From: the human T2T-CHM13v2.0 reference genome, Homo sapiens
NCBI RefSeq assembly: GCF_009914755.1
Contig: NC_060930.1
Strand: one strand, 5' to 3'
Length of the DNA: 64,000 nt
Below are positions 1 to 18,088 of the stretch, piece by piece (position 1 is the first letter of the stretch; every line of letters starts with the position of its first letter). Below the pieces are notes generated by a model. The model did no database searches and had not been told where the DNA came from. It saw only the letters and a program-made list of their open reading frames with translations. A program made the translations under genes and the position numbers.

Positions 1-1960
<1,960 letters not shown>

Positions 1961-2387
1961 ACAGTGAAAAAGGGGAGTCATCAGTCCAAGCTTTAAATTT
2001 ATCTTCAGAGCTAAAATTCAGAGCAGATGTTTTTATGCCCTACTCAGCTGACACAGCTCAGACAGGGGTTTGATTTGATCAATCCTATTTGAAATTTGGA
2101 ACTTCTCCTGTCCACTAAGAATATAAGTTGTGTATCCCTTTCCTGGAGATCTTTAAAAAGTGGTGAGAACTCTAATTTCCTGGGTTGAGGGGGGCTTACG
2201 CATTTGGACTTCTGAGAGACCTGACTGTGTGAGGAGCCTGAGGGGAGACAGCAAGACCATCACCCTTCCCATCTGCCTAGAGCCCTTGCTAAACTGTGGA
2301 AGGGGTGTAATGTTCTGAGTTTAAGAAAGCAAACTGTCTTTAAAAAAGAGCCCCCACTTTTCCCTGGCACAGGGTGCATTTGGAGTC

Positions 2388-3173
<786 letters not shown>

Positions 3174-4603
3174 GCATCTGATGTGTCCATGTTGGCTGTA
3201 CTAAGACAGGGCCATTGAGACTTGCCTGGCCGTCTTCTGTGGACAGCTTTCTAGATGCACCTAAGTCAAGTCCCTGAGGCCCACCGAGCCATTATTCTGT
3301 TCTGGGTCACCCCCCATGGCCTCACCCTCACTGTCTTGCCTTTCATTAAACATGCACTTGTGAGCGATAAAAAAAAAAAGAATGGAGGTATTGTACATAA
3401 ATATTTGATGATATAGCCTATTTAAAATTTAGATAGCATCTTTTCCCACAATCTCAATGATTTCATTTTTTTCAGTTGTTAAATCAGCTAAAATTGTATC
3501 CAACTACTATAAAATAGTATTAATTACTGTACAATATAAGAGAAAATGGAGGCAATAATCATTGAATTGGCATTTTGGATTTCAGGAGACATAAAAATCA
3601 TTTAACACCTGTTTTATTTTAGAGATAAAAGAACTGAGAACTATGAAATTATCACAGCTAGTTAGCAGAGTTGGAATCAGGAACTAAATTCTCTGTTAAA
3701 AAGCAATAACTTTAGATCATAAGTGGTCAACCTGTGCTAGCCATTCTATGAAATTTGTGTACTCTGTGGATAATTTTAAGATTAATGTTGGGTTTTACCT
3801 ATTCTGGTCATAATCCTATTCTGCTTTTGGTCTACATGGCATCTTTCAGTAAGATAGATCTTCCAACCACCTCATCACATACAGAGTAAAATATGGTCTC
3901 CCTTGCTTGCCTTACATACTATTTAACCTCATGTATTGCTACCTGAAACCAAGCACTTAATTCTTCCTTCAGTGAAGTACTAAGCCATGTGTGTAGTCCT
4001 AGTTCCCACCCACACGTCTGTCCTTATTTGCTGAACTCTTCCTCCGCTTAATACACTCTTTCTCCAAATCTTCCTCTAATTTATGTGGACAATTCTTATT
4101 TAATCGTTGAGATCATGATTTGTTTTTTGTTTTTTTTTTTTTTCAGAAAGCTTTTTATAAGCTTGACAGAACTTCAATGAACTTGGGCTAAATGTTTCTA
4201 TTACTGAAAAAATACTTTGTGAATATTTTAATATTAGTGTTTACCACATTATTGGAATATGGTATCTGTCTGTCCAACTATGTTGTAAATTTCTTCAAAG
4301 ACCAGAAACACTTGGGCTGAAACATCAGTCTCCAACGATTTTTTAAATTGTTCGTATGATTTTCATAACTCCAACCATCTCCTGTTGCTTATGAGTTCCA
4401 AATCTCTATGTCCTTTCTGGATCTATCTCTTGAGTACCAAGATTTAATTCCACTGTATCGTGTAAGCAGTTTCCTCATTACATATATTACAATGCACTGA
4501 ATCATTTGTTTTTAGGTTGGACTTATTTATGTGCCCCTCAGATTATTTTGTATAACTAATTTTTATGTATTCAAGGCATGTACCTGTTTGCTTAGTTATT
4601 TTT

Positions 4604-5201
4604 TAGTAGATTTTATTTTTCAGAGGAATTTTATGTTCACAGCAAAATAGAGTGGGAAGTACAGAGTTCCCATATACCTCCTGTCCCCACACATGTACAG
4701 CCTTCCTCAATATCAACATCCCACCTCAGAGCGGTACATGGGTTACAATTGATGAGGCTACACTGACACATTTTTATAACTCCCAAATCCATATCTTACA
4801 TTCATGCTTACTCTTGGTGTTGTACATTCTATGTGTTTGGACAAATACAGAATGACATATATGCACCATTCATGCAGAATATTTTCTCTGCCCTCAAAAT
4901 TCTCTGTGCTCTGCCTATTCATCCATTCCTCCCTGCTCTCCTCTGGCAATCAATGATCTTTTCATCATCTCCATAGTTTTGCCTTCTTCCAAAAGTCATA
5001 TCGTTGAAGTCATACAGTATGTAGCTTTTTGAAATGGGCTTCTTTCATTTAGTAATATGTATTTACGGTTCCTCTATTTTTTTCACGTCTCAATAGGTCA
5101 TTTCCTTTTCCATTCTATTATCTGGATGTACCACAGTTTATTCACCTACTGAAGTATATTTTACTGCTTCCAAGTTTTGGAAATTATGAATAAAGCTGCT
5201 A
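4604..5201 (-). mobile_element. Old L1 (L1MC1-like) 3' end, 5'-truncated
   Basis: L1MC-type 3'UTR sequence; identical 16-bp TSD ttgcttagttattttt at 4588-4603 and 5202-5217. Confidence 0.85.
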
Positions 5202-5453
5202 TTGCTTAGTTATTTTTCATAATGCAAAAACACATTATAAATGATTACAATATGCACAAGTATATATAAAGCAGTAAGTACTGATGTCGTGATCTCTCCT
5301 TTCCTCCTCATCTGTATTCCACTCACCACAGATGATCTGTTAAGAGTTTAGTGTATATCCTTCCAATTACCTTCAATGACAAGTTTATTGAATATGTGAA
5401 CCAGCTTAAGGCCAAAGATGTTACTGAATTTATCCAAAACATGTATTGAGGCA

Positions 5454-5914
5454 TGTAGTAGGCTGAACAATGGTCTTCAAAGATATCAGCTCCTAAACCC
5501 TGGAACTTGTCAATGTTTTATCTGTGTTTGCAGTTGTGATTAAGTTAAAAATCTTGAGATGGGGAGACTATATTTTGGATTATCTGGGTGCCCTCTGAAT
5601 GCTATTACAAGGATCCTTGTAAGGGAGAGACAGAGAGATTACCCAGACTGAAGAAGAGATAGCAATGTGACCACAGAGATAGAGATTGGAGTGATGCATC
5701 CACACGTAAGGAATGCTGGCAGCCACCAGAAACTGAAGAGGCAAGATATGGATTCTCACCGACAGCCTCTGGAATGAGTGTGCCATAAGCCATCTTTGGT
5801 TTCACCGCAGTGAAATTAATTTTGGATTCCTGGTGTCAGAACTGTGAGTGAAGACATATCTGTTGTTTTAAGTCACTAAGTTTGTGGTAATTTGTTATAG
5901 CAATGACTAATACA
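5454..5914 (+). mobile_element. MLT1C/D-like MaLR solo LTR
   Basis: tgtagtaggctgaa...gactaataca termini with typical MLT1 internal motifs. Confidence 0.85.
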
Positions 5915-6416
5915 AGTCCTTACTGTGTTTCTGCACTGGGCCATCTGGTTCAGGTAAAAAGACAAATAGAAAACTGGCCTTGACTTTGAAAACTTTGGAG
6001 TAGAGTTTATATGACAGGTTGGTTATGGCTTGCAGGTCTATACACCAGGGTATGGTGCTTTTGCATTTCCCAGAGATGAATAAGGAGCCAGCAGATATTG
6101 TAAAGCAGGGAAGTGGAATCATCACCTTTGTTTCTGAGGGAGATGAAGCAGCTGGAAGCAGAGACATTAATAAGATTATCACTCATGAAACCTGAGGAGA
6201 GTTTACACTGTGACCGTGGCAGTAGCACCAAGAAGAATCTTGAGTTTAGGAGACTTTTCTGAAGTAGACGTAAAAATATTTGGCAATTACATCATTTTCG
6301 AGTCATGTTACCACGCTGGGCCAAACATCTTGTCCCTAATAACGATTTCTGTAGTGATATTTGGGTTTTTTCCTAACTAAATCACAGCAGTTCTGCATAA
6401 AAATATTTTGAGTATT

Positions 6417-6766
<350 letters not shown>

Positions 6767-7589
6767 TCAGGGATAATATTCTTTTAAAGATGTAATTTTT
6801 AAACAATCTTTTTCCAAATTCTTGATAGTGTTTATTCTTAATCTATAAAAAAAGAAGTAACACAGAAATTTATATCACACACAACTTTCATCAAGGAAAG
6901 ATTACTAATATGGTGATTTTATTTTAGCTGAACTCAAATATCACTCGAATGATGAATCAAATTAATGTGAAAAGTCATAACTATCTTAGTATTAAACCTC
7001 AGAGAAAAAATATAAGATTAAATTAATAGCATTTTAAGTATATATTGATGGAATCATTTTTCCAATAAATAGACTAGTCAGATTAAGAAGCAGTGAGTTT
7101 TTAGTGCATCATTATGAAGAATAAGTGCAAATTTTGTTCAAATGAAATGAATAAACATGCAGTCACAACCAGGCTGCTCTGTATTCCTAGTAATAATTAC
7201 TATATAAAAGGTTAATAAATGTCAAGTAAAAGCAGCTATGACCTGCCTAAAGGTTAAGCTGAAAACAGCTAAAATGGAAAAAAAGAGAGTGCAGATTATT
7301 ACGTTTATTGACTGACACTGGTTCTTAGAGAGTAGACAATTCTGGAATGATTAATTGATAATTAAATTTCAAACAAGTACCTTTAACCTCTAAACATGAA
7401 GATAATTCAAGGTCCCTACCAGACTCATACTGCCTATTAATGTACTTCCCTTCACCCTGTTTTCTGAGAATTAGCAAAGTCTGTGGCTAGTTTTTTTTCT
7501 GAGTATCTTCACAACATGTTGAATTAATGAAGAAGATATCCCCAACTAGATCCTCAAGGCACAGGGTTGGGGCAGGCAGGGCACCAAAT

Positions 7590-8078
7590 GTCACTCTCCT
7601 TTCTAAAATCTAGCAGAGATTTCCAGAGTGGAAATGATGCCAAACATTTGGCTTGGGATATAAGGTACTTTATGATATGAATCTGCCTTCATTTTTAACT
7701 TTCTTTTTCACAACTCCTTCCAAATCCCATACTGCAGCTAGTAAACTACTTACTGTTCCCCCACTAATGCCACAATTTTGCCTGTACCCAGAACACTATG
7801 TCCCTTCTTCAAAGGCTGGGCCAATTCCTGTTTATGCCTCAGGATTCATTCAGGCTGCCTCTTCTGGAAAGTGTTCTTTGATCCTTCCAGGTAACATTTC
7901 TTTCTCATAGCACTGAGCACAGTGCACCCTCATTTTAGGTTTACTCATGCCTCTCCCTTGCTCAACTGTAAGGCCTGTTAGGACAGATGCTGACTCATAT
8001 GCTCTATATATCAAGAATATTTATAGCAGAGTGTTTTGCCCCTGCCAGGTGCTTGATGAATGTTTGTTGAATAAATAG
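7590..8078 (+). mobile_element. L2 LINE relic (3' end)
   Basis: Ends with L2-type gaatgtttgttgaataaat. Confidence 0.55.
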
Positions 8079-9928
8079 ATTCCTTAAGGAGTAAAGAGAA
8101 GATATTCAGTAACAAAGGAAAGAGGAGTAGCCTTTTTGTTAATTTTGGCTGAAATCTACATTTATAGCATAAGTTTGTAAGAATATTTTTCAGTGAAAGG
8201 ACACCTACTCATTTACCTATTGTCAATTGATGGCCTTTTTTTCCTTAGTGCAGTAATTGGAAAATAATCACGTAGAGCTACGGTTTGCTTTGTACCTTCC
8301 TATGAAGTCAAACCTGTTTAGATTTTTTTTACCTGCTACTTCTTTCTAGCATGGCTATTAAAAAACACAATCTTTTTTCATGACATTGAACAGCCTGCAG
8401 GTATTATTTACTTATTTATCCTTAGCACAGAATAATAACAATAAAAATGCAATAACAAATGCATTAGTAGAAGTTCATGTTAGGTATATTAAAATATATA
8501 CAGTTTTGGTGGTGCCTTGTTGGGAAATGCCCTTGCTTTATAATAACCCTCATTATCTACCAGAAAATAAGTACAATGGGGGAGGGGGTGTGAAGTCCAA
8601 GAGAAATCAAATTACACTTAATTTCTCTTAATAGCAAACAAGAACATTCGGCTTTTTAAAAATAGCACACAACTTTCCCATATATTTAGAACTCAAGCAG
8701 ATCTTAAGGATTGAGGCTGTGCACACGCACAGCAGAGCTTACAGAAGTCCCAGGTCACTCACCTCTCCCCAGCTGACAGAACCTGCACACAGGTGTAGAG
8801 GAGATATCAGAGAACTTGGTGAGGAGTTAAAAGCAGGGAAAGAGTGAAAAATTATGTAAAGTTTAATGTGCTTCACATTCATACACAGATCCATCAGCAG
8901 AAAATGGAAGGCTTATTGGCTTGAGGTGTTGGAGTGAAAGCTCTGATTTTTTTTTCTTTGCTGAATGATAAGCTATACAAATACAGGAATGACCTACAGG
9001 AAGGCAAGCTTAAAAATAAAACAACAACTGAACAAAGATATTGGTAGCTGCACATTCTGGAGGAGACAGACGTCATAAATTTAGGCAAGTTTACTAAACA
9101 AATGGAAGAAAACAACAACCGTGAGGTGGAAAATAGAATCCAGAGTTGCTACAATATATCATATAAAAAGGCCAGTACTCAACAAAAAAAGTATGAGACC
9201 TGCAAAGAAACAACCTGTGATACATATTTAGACTATAGAAGTCGTCAGTAGAAATTATCTCTGAGTGTCCTCAGATATTAGATATAGCATACAAACAGTC
9301 AAAAGCAGCTGTTATAAGTATGTCCAAATAACTAAAGAAAATTGTGATGGCAACCACTTAGTGAATATAAAACCCCAGTGAAGAGTTAGAAATTATTTTA
9401 AAAATAGAGAATCAAATGGAAATTCTGTAGTTGAAATGTACAAAGACAAATAAAAAATGCACCAGAGGGCTTCAACAGAAACTGAGATGTTAGAAGAAAT
9501 AGTCAATAAATGTGAAGATAGACAGAGATTATCTAAACTGAAGAATAGAATGAAAAAGGATTGAAGTGAAATAAACATACTGTTCGAGATGTATAGGATA
9601 ATATGAACTATACAGACACATGTGTAATGCACCGAGGAGAGCAAATAAAGGCCCCTAGAACTTTTTGAAGAAAAAGTGGCTAAAAACTTTTCAAATCGTA
9701 TGAAGAATATAACTTTACAAATCCAAGAAGTTTAATGAACCCCAGTTAGAATAAACACAAAATTATCTACAACTAGACATACAATAGTCACTGTTGAAAG
9801 CTAAATCCAAAGAGAAAAACTTGAAAGCAGCAAGAGAAAGCCAACTCTTCAAATATAGGGAACAAATATTACTAATAGCTAACTTCTCATTAGAGATAAT
9901 GGAAGCCAGTCAGCACTGGAATAAGATA

Positions 9929-10435
<507 letters not shown>

Positions 10436-11699
10436 TATTCACATTGCTGAAAAAACCAAACCAAAAAAAATTCTGATTGTCAATCAGAATTTTATGCCCA
10501 GCAAAAACTATTTTTCAAAATGAAAGTGAAATAAAGACATTATAGATAAATAAAGACTGAGAATTTCTTGTTAGTAGAAATATTAAAGGAATTCTTTCAG
10601 GCTGGCAACTTAAGTCCTCAGGAAGAAACAAGTGTACTGGAAATGGTAAATGTGCAGCAAACAAAGGGATCTATATTTTTTCTCATTTCATCTTTAAACT
10701 TCTTTAAGAGAAAATAAAATTGTATAAAGCAGTAATTATAACATTGTATTTTTTGGGTTACAACATATAAATGTATATTATGTATGATAATAATAATGAA
10801 AAGTTTGGGAGGAAAAAAGCTATAAAAGAGAAAAGTTTATAATTTTTATTGGAATTACATTAGTATTCTGAAATAGATTGTGGTAAATTAAGATGCACAT
10901 TGTAATCCCTAAAAAACACTAAGAAAATAATACAAAATAATATAAAAAATCCAAAAGGGAATTCAAATAGTATGCTAAAAATATTGACTGTAGAATAAGG
11001 CATAAAAATGGCAATAGAGCAAGAGTTTACTGAAAGAGGGGCATGGGCGGTAACAGTATATGAATAAAGATGTAGGTTGCTTATGGAGGTTTGTTGGAAG
11101 TTCTCTTCTGATTATGTATACCAGGGTAATTGGCTAAGCATGAAGTAGGGGAGAAGGTGCTAGGTGTTAGAGAAGAAAGGAGAAGTACTAAATGTCACCT
11201 AGGAGAAGGAAAGAGTGAATAGCTTTGGGAAATTTAAGATTTTGGAGGTGCACTAAGGATCCATCAGAAGTTGGTAATTATGAATTTAATGCGCAACCAG
11301 TTGTCACAGTCATATATTTTTTGCCAGACTAGGTCAGCTTTACAGGTGTAGGTGCAGTGGAGGAGAAAGAAACACAGATTTGAGGTTATATGGAAGAATG
11401 AACATATTGATCAAATATGGAATCTAAGCTGGGAGTGGAATCTGAGCTCATGAGGAAGAAAAAATATCCTTCACGCTAATACATGTGAGGGGTAGGAAGG
11501 TCATCAAGCTGGAGATTCAGGGAGTTGAGAAACAATGTGAGCAAAAGCATAGAGTAGAAATAAACACAATATGTAAAGGAAAGGAATGAGTTAGACCTGA
11601 CTGATGTGATAGGTATGGAAAGGGAAATTTGTAAGAATAAAATTGGTTAGGGAATATAGACTGAAATGGCACTTAGGTACTTAACTTCATTGTTTCTCT

Positions 11700-11990
11700 A
11701 GTTTATCTATCTAATAATCTTTGGTGGCAATGAGGCCTAACCTGAACCTATGTCAAATGGAATACTCTTCCCTTGCTACCCCTGCCTTGTGAAAGCACTT
11801 CTCCTTCCCTTTACCCTAGTCCCCCTACCCCGCTACACTTATAACTTTCTCATAACTTACCAATTTATGGTTTCTTTTCTACCCCTAGGATGTAAGCTCC
11901 ATGAAAGCAGGGATGTTTTGTCTGTTTTATTCAGTCTATAGAACAGGACCCTGGATGTAGTCTTCCCCAATAGATATTGATGGAACGCAG
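11700..11990 (+). mobile_element. L2 relic
   Basis: tgtaagctccatgaaagcagggatgttttgtctgttttattca, typical of the L2 3' region. Confidence 0.6.
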
Positions 11991-12907
11991 ACAGGAGGTA
12001 TCCTCTTGTGCAGAAATAGCTATCAGGTGAGGCAGATTAGAAAATGGACATGGTCAATGACTCCAATTTAGTCTCACTGTGTGAGAAGGACACACAAAAG
12101 ACTGTAGGTAGAATCTAAGATGTTCTGAAAAGGTGAAATTATACAAACATCTTTATTTATAACCCTCGATTTTGTCCTTTTCTACATATAGCCCTCCTCC
12201 TGCCAAAAGCTTACTTTAAGGCAAAGATAACTAGCGTTGCTCCAGTCTTATCCACTGTTTATTTTTCTATAGCTTTTCTCATGTAGTGTCTTAAATATAT
12301 GAAGAGTTCCATTTGTAATCATGGCAGCCAGAAGTGGGCCTGCGAGGCTCAGCTCTCTTTTCTGCTTGGCTGGGGCCCTGTGTCTCAACTGTCCTTGCTT
12401 CATGCTCTTGGAGTAGTAAAGGATGTGCAGCTTGTGTTTCCTCTGAATGACTCCTTGACCCGAGTTGTTTCCAGTAACTCAGTCTGATACATTTATTTCT
12501 CATATTCATCTTAATACATTCTTACTTTGACTTACCCAACCTTTTTTTTTCTATCTTCACACTATAGTGACCCTTGTTATGACTTAGCAACTGATGATAT
12601 AGCAATGTATCCATGCCCGATAGCTCCCAAGATTAGCAGTTTAAGCATAGGTTAGGGTTCAATATACCTGGAAGCATGCACACTCAACCTGGGAAAGCAG
12701 TGTCAGGCCTTCGGCTCCTCATCCTGGATAATAGGGGAAGTCTTTCAAAATTGATTCAATGCTGTAGAAAATGGTGACCTTCCAAATCACCTCTGGGAAG
12801 ATGAGCAAGTATTAACTGGGAACTTAGGCCAGATAATGGGACTCTCCTCTCTGCAGTTCTTGGGGAAGGAACTGAGAGGTGTCTGTCATGAAGCCATGGA
12901 AAGACGA

Positions 12908-13040
12908 GCCTCAGGGCCCTTCACTTGCATAAGTTTTGCCTGGAGAAGCAACAGGCATTTTGTATTTGCTATTCTGAATTATTTTTCTTAGAAGCCTCTC
13001 CAAATTGCAAAGCTTCAGGGACTGACAAGATCTAGATCTG
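12908..13040 (-). mobile_element. MER53-like hAT DNA transposon relic
   Basis: Reverse complement resembles MER53 (ccctgaagctttgcaatttggagagg...aaatacaaaat...gggccctga). Confidence 0.55.
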
Positions 13041-13090
13041 GAAGAAATTTTTGTATGAGTCAAACCAGACAAATTAGAAAGGCCTCTTTT

Positions 13091-13466
13091 GCATCTGTGG
13101 TAAAATACACATACCATAAAATTCACTGTTTAAACCATTCTAAAGTGTATAGTTCAGTGGCATTTAGTACATTCACATTGTTGTGCAACTGTCACCACTA
13201 TCTAGTTCTAGAATATTTTTATCACCCCAAAGGAAACACCATGCCCATTAAGCAGTCACTCGTCATTTCCTGCTGGCTCCTGTCCTCTGCGATCACTAAT
13301 CTGCTTTCTGTTTCTATGGGTTTACCTAGTATGGATGTTTCATATAAATGGAATTCAACATGTGGCCTTTTGTGTCTGTGTCTGGCTTTTCTCACTTAGC
13401 ATGTTTTCAAGGCTTCAAGGCTTATCCATGTCGTAGCATGTATCAGTACTTTGTTCCCTTTTATGT
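13091..13466 (-). mobile_element. L1MB 3' end fragment
   Basis: L1MB3/4-like 3'UTR; TSD gaaaggcct(c)tttt at about 13077 and 13468. Confidence 0.85.
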
Positions 13467-13498
13467 GGAAAGGCCTTTTAAATAAAAGATCATTTTAG

Positions 13499-13840
<342 letters not shown>

Positions 13841-15839
13841 AAATAAGGGGATTTCAGGAGTAAAATTTAATAGAATGACTCAAATACTATCAGCGGCACA
13901 TTTTATGGTACTGTATTGTGTTAGATTCTCTAACCCAGTGGACTAGAATTTGCCTGTCGATTTTGATCTTTACACTGATTCCAACCAAACGATCATGGCT
14001 AACCTGTAAGCTTTTCTTGACATATACCTATTCTGCTCAGAAATAATTTTGTGTCAGTTGTCTCTCCTACTCCTATCCCCGTTATGGCCTTTCTTGTCTG
14101 GGTCAGCATCCAGACGAAGCTGGATAATTGAAATTCCAGAAAAAAACATTTCTCCTGATTTTAGTGAGGACATTTGAAAATAACCTACGTGTTGCTCAAT
14201 CCCTGAAGCTCATTTGAATGTCTGCTCTTATATTTAAAAAGCAATGTATGCCACCTGGAAGCAAAAAATAACTGTAGTTTGCTAATGTTGTCACTATGCT
14301 GCGTCAATCTCTAATTTGTTATAAAATGTAGGAAGATATTTCGAGTAAGAGGGTGTCTACCTCAATTCTTCAAAATTATACCCAGTTTTCCTTGTTATGA
14401 AGCATAATTACTTTACAAAGCTATAAAATGCCATAAAGTTTTAGTAATTCACTTAGCATTTCATTCACTATATTTTTAGTCTACTGTACTGCAAAGGTTG
14501 AAAGACATTTTATGTTTTATCTGAGGTGCCATCCACAAATTACGGCACCTATTATGCAAATAATGCCTGCAAAAGAAGTCTGCTGCATTTATAATAGGGC
14601 AGCTTATTAGAATTTGGCTTGATTTTCTTTATACCTTGCTTCTCATCTCTTGCTATAACTGTGTCCATTGTCAGTGAGATGCTAGTATAATCTTCATGTT
14701 TATTCAAACCAAAGCCTCTAAATACATACATTTTAGATTTTGGATTCAAATGATGGCCTAGTTTAGTTTCTGTGTTAGAACTTAAGTATTCTGTATTTGC
14801 ACCTTACTGAACGCTTTTGAAAAGCTTTTAGTTCTAATGTTACATTTTAGCATTATTTAAAATTTCATAACATTTTACTTATATTAGCTTTGCAAATCTC
14901 CTGTATTGCTTGGGTAACAGAGGTATGATAGTAAAATCAGCTTCTATCTGTTTAGCTCATTGAGAATGATGAGGGTAAAACTGTTCCCAAGGAGTGAAAA
15001 CTGTTTCTTGCTTTTATACATATATATAAAAACACAGATATACATATACTATGTAAACATATATTCGGTATATTGATCATATTGAAATATCTTGGATGGG
15101 TCAGTTAAGAAAAAAAAAACCTAAAAAAAGGACCTGGAGGGGAGCAATAATGAAAAAACAATAGACTGAGGAACACTGGTCTAGCTCTTTAAAGTTTCAT
15201 AGTGTGTTTATCCTTACTACTTCTTTTGACAGGAAAGCCAAGATTGCATAGTGTGTACACAGCAGATCCATGCCTGGACTCTGGTGTTCTATTTCCATAA
15301 CTGTGCTTCTCCTGCTGTGGCATGTAGACTTAGACTAGGGCTTGATGGGCTCTTGCAAGGAAGAAATATCTTCCTTGTTACCTTTTCTTTCAGGCCTAGT
15401 TTATAAATTAAGAATATTGGGTCCTCAAACTTATCAAGTTTATTCGTTTTCCCCTTTCTTTCTAATATATGTGAGGCCTATACCTCTCCTTTGGCTTAAG
15501 TGGGGCCCATATATCTCTAGATTTACAAAGGCCATGGATAAAGACAAGTGTAGACACATGGCTGTGGGAGTGAGGGGATTGCTTCTATCCCCCATGATCC
15601 AAATCACTTTGGATCTTCAGGATCAAGGATTCCTAAAGCTTTGAGGTACTCAATTTTTGTCTCCTTTTCCTCTTTCTAACCCTCAAGATCTCCTAAGCCA
15701 GTTTCTGATTTTAGTAATAACATGGTCTCTAAGAACCCATAGATATAGCCCTTTTCTGTGTTCCTCTTTACGACAGTCCAAATATTTTAAACTATCTCCT
15801 CTTAGCATAACTTGAATATATAAGTACCAAGGCATTCAT

Positions 15840-16961
<1,122 letters not shown>

Positions 16962-17696
16962 AGAAAAGACATTCATTTTTAATAAACCATCATTTTCTAT
17001 CTAAATGGCTATTTTCTATCTAAATGGCTATAGCATCAGCCCTGACCTCACTTCTTCACTAAAGAGAGAATAGGGAGTGGAAAAAGATGTTTCTGGGACT
17101 GAAAGAAAATTTCTGCTTTATATAATTTGCTACTAAACCTAAGACTGTTTCAGGGGAATGGTGGGATCATTGAAGGCTATTTTTTTTTTAAGGGGAAGCA
17201 GAATACAAGATGTGAACACTGGATTATTGGCTGTGCTTATAATGTTAAACGTGAGGTGAGATATGGAGGAAATGAGGCTGAAAAGGCCCATAGAGCCAGG
17301 TCATGAAGGGGATGCATATGCGAAGATGAGAAATTTGGGTTTTATTCTGTAGGGCAGTGGTTCTGAAAATGCCCTCTATGTGGCCTTCTGATTTTTATGG
17401 AAATCCTTAATATATCACCACAGAGGGCAAAAAGGAATAGCAAGTGAATGAAACTCTTGGTTTCCTAACTCATTTTATCAGCACAATCCATTCCTGTCTG
17501 TGTTTTCTTCCAATTGATCAATCTATCATTTATCTATCATCTATTTCACACTCTATTACTCTCTCTATATATTTTTAATTTACTAGGCCCACATATAAGA
17601 ATGTCTTTGCAAATAAAATCTACCGACATATATTTCTGACTGGATAATTTGGCTAATACATTCATCAGGAAACTGAATACGCTGGTACCCCAGTTC

Positions 17697-17912
17697 TAGT
17701 GGTATGCTGGAGTTGGTTTGTACCAACCTACTAGAGGCAATTGTTAAATTTCAGGAATTTTGAATGCTGGTTGACATCAAGTTGGTATCTTGAAGTTGAT
17801 TGTGGTTGGGATATCAAACCAGTGAAATCAGCAAATGCTACAAATCAGATACTTTTTCCCCACATCCTCCTTGCAGAGAGCTGCTTGTTAAACCTTTACT
17901 AACACGCCGCTT
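17697..17912 (+). mobile_element. MER63A (hAT-Blackjack) MITE
   Basis: Termini agtggtatgctgg and ttactaacacgccgct; 8-bp TSD ccagttct. Confidence 0.8.
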
Positions 17913-18088
17913 CCAGTTCTCAAACTTTGGTGCATGTTAAAATTAACTGGGGAGGTGTAAGAAATTCTGGTGTCTGAGCCACCCCCAGAAATTCCTATTA
18001 AGCTGGTAGAAGGTGTCATCTGGACATCAGGACTATCAAAATCTTCCCCAGGTAATTCTAATAAGCACTGAAGTTTGAGAACCATGAC
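17913..18088. mobile_element. MER5-type (hAT-Charlie) MITE
   Basis: TIRs gttctcaaacttt and agtttgagaacca. Confidence 0.8.
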
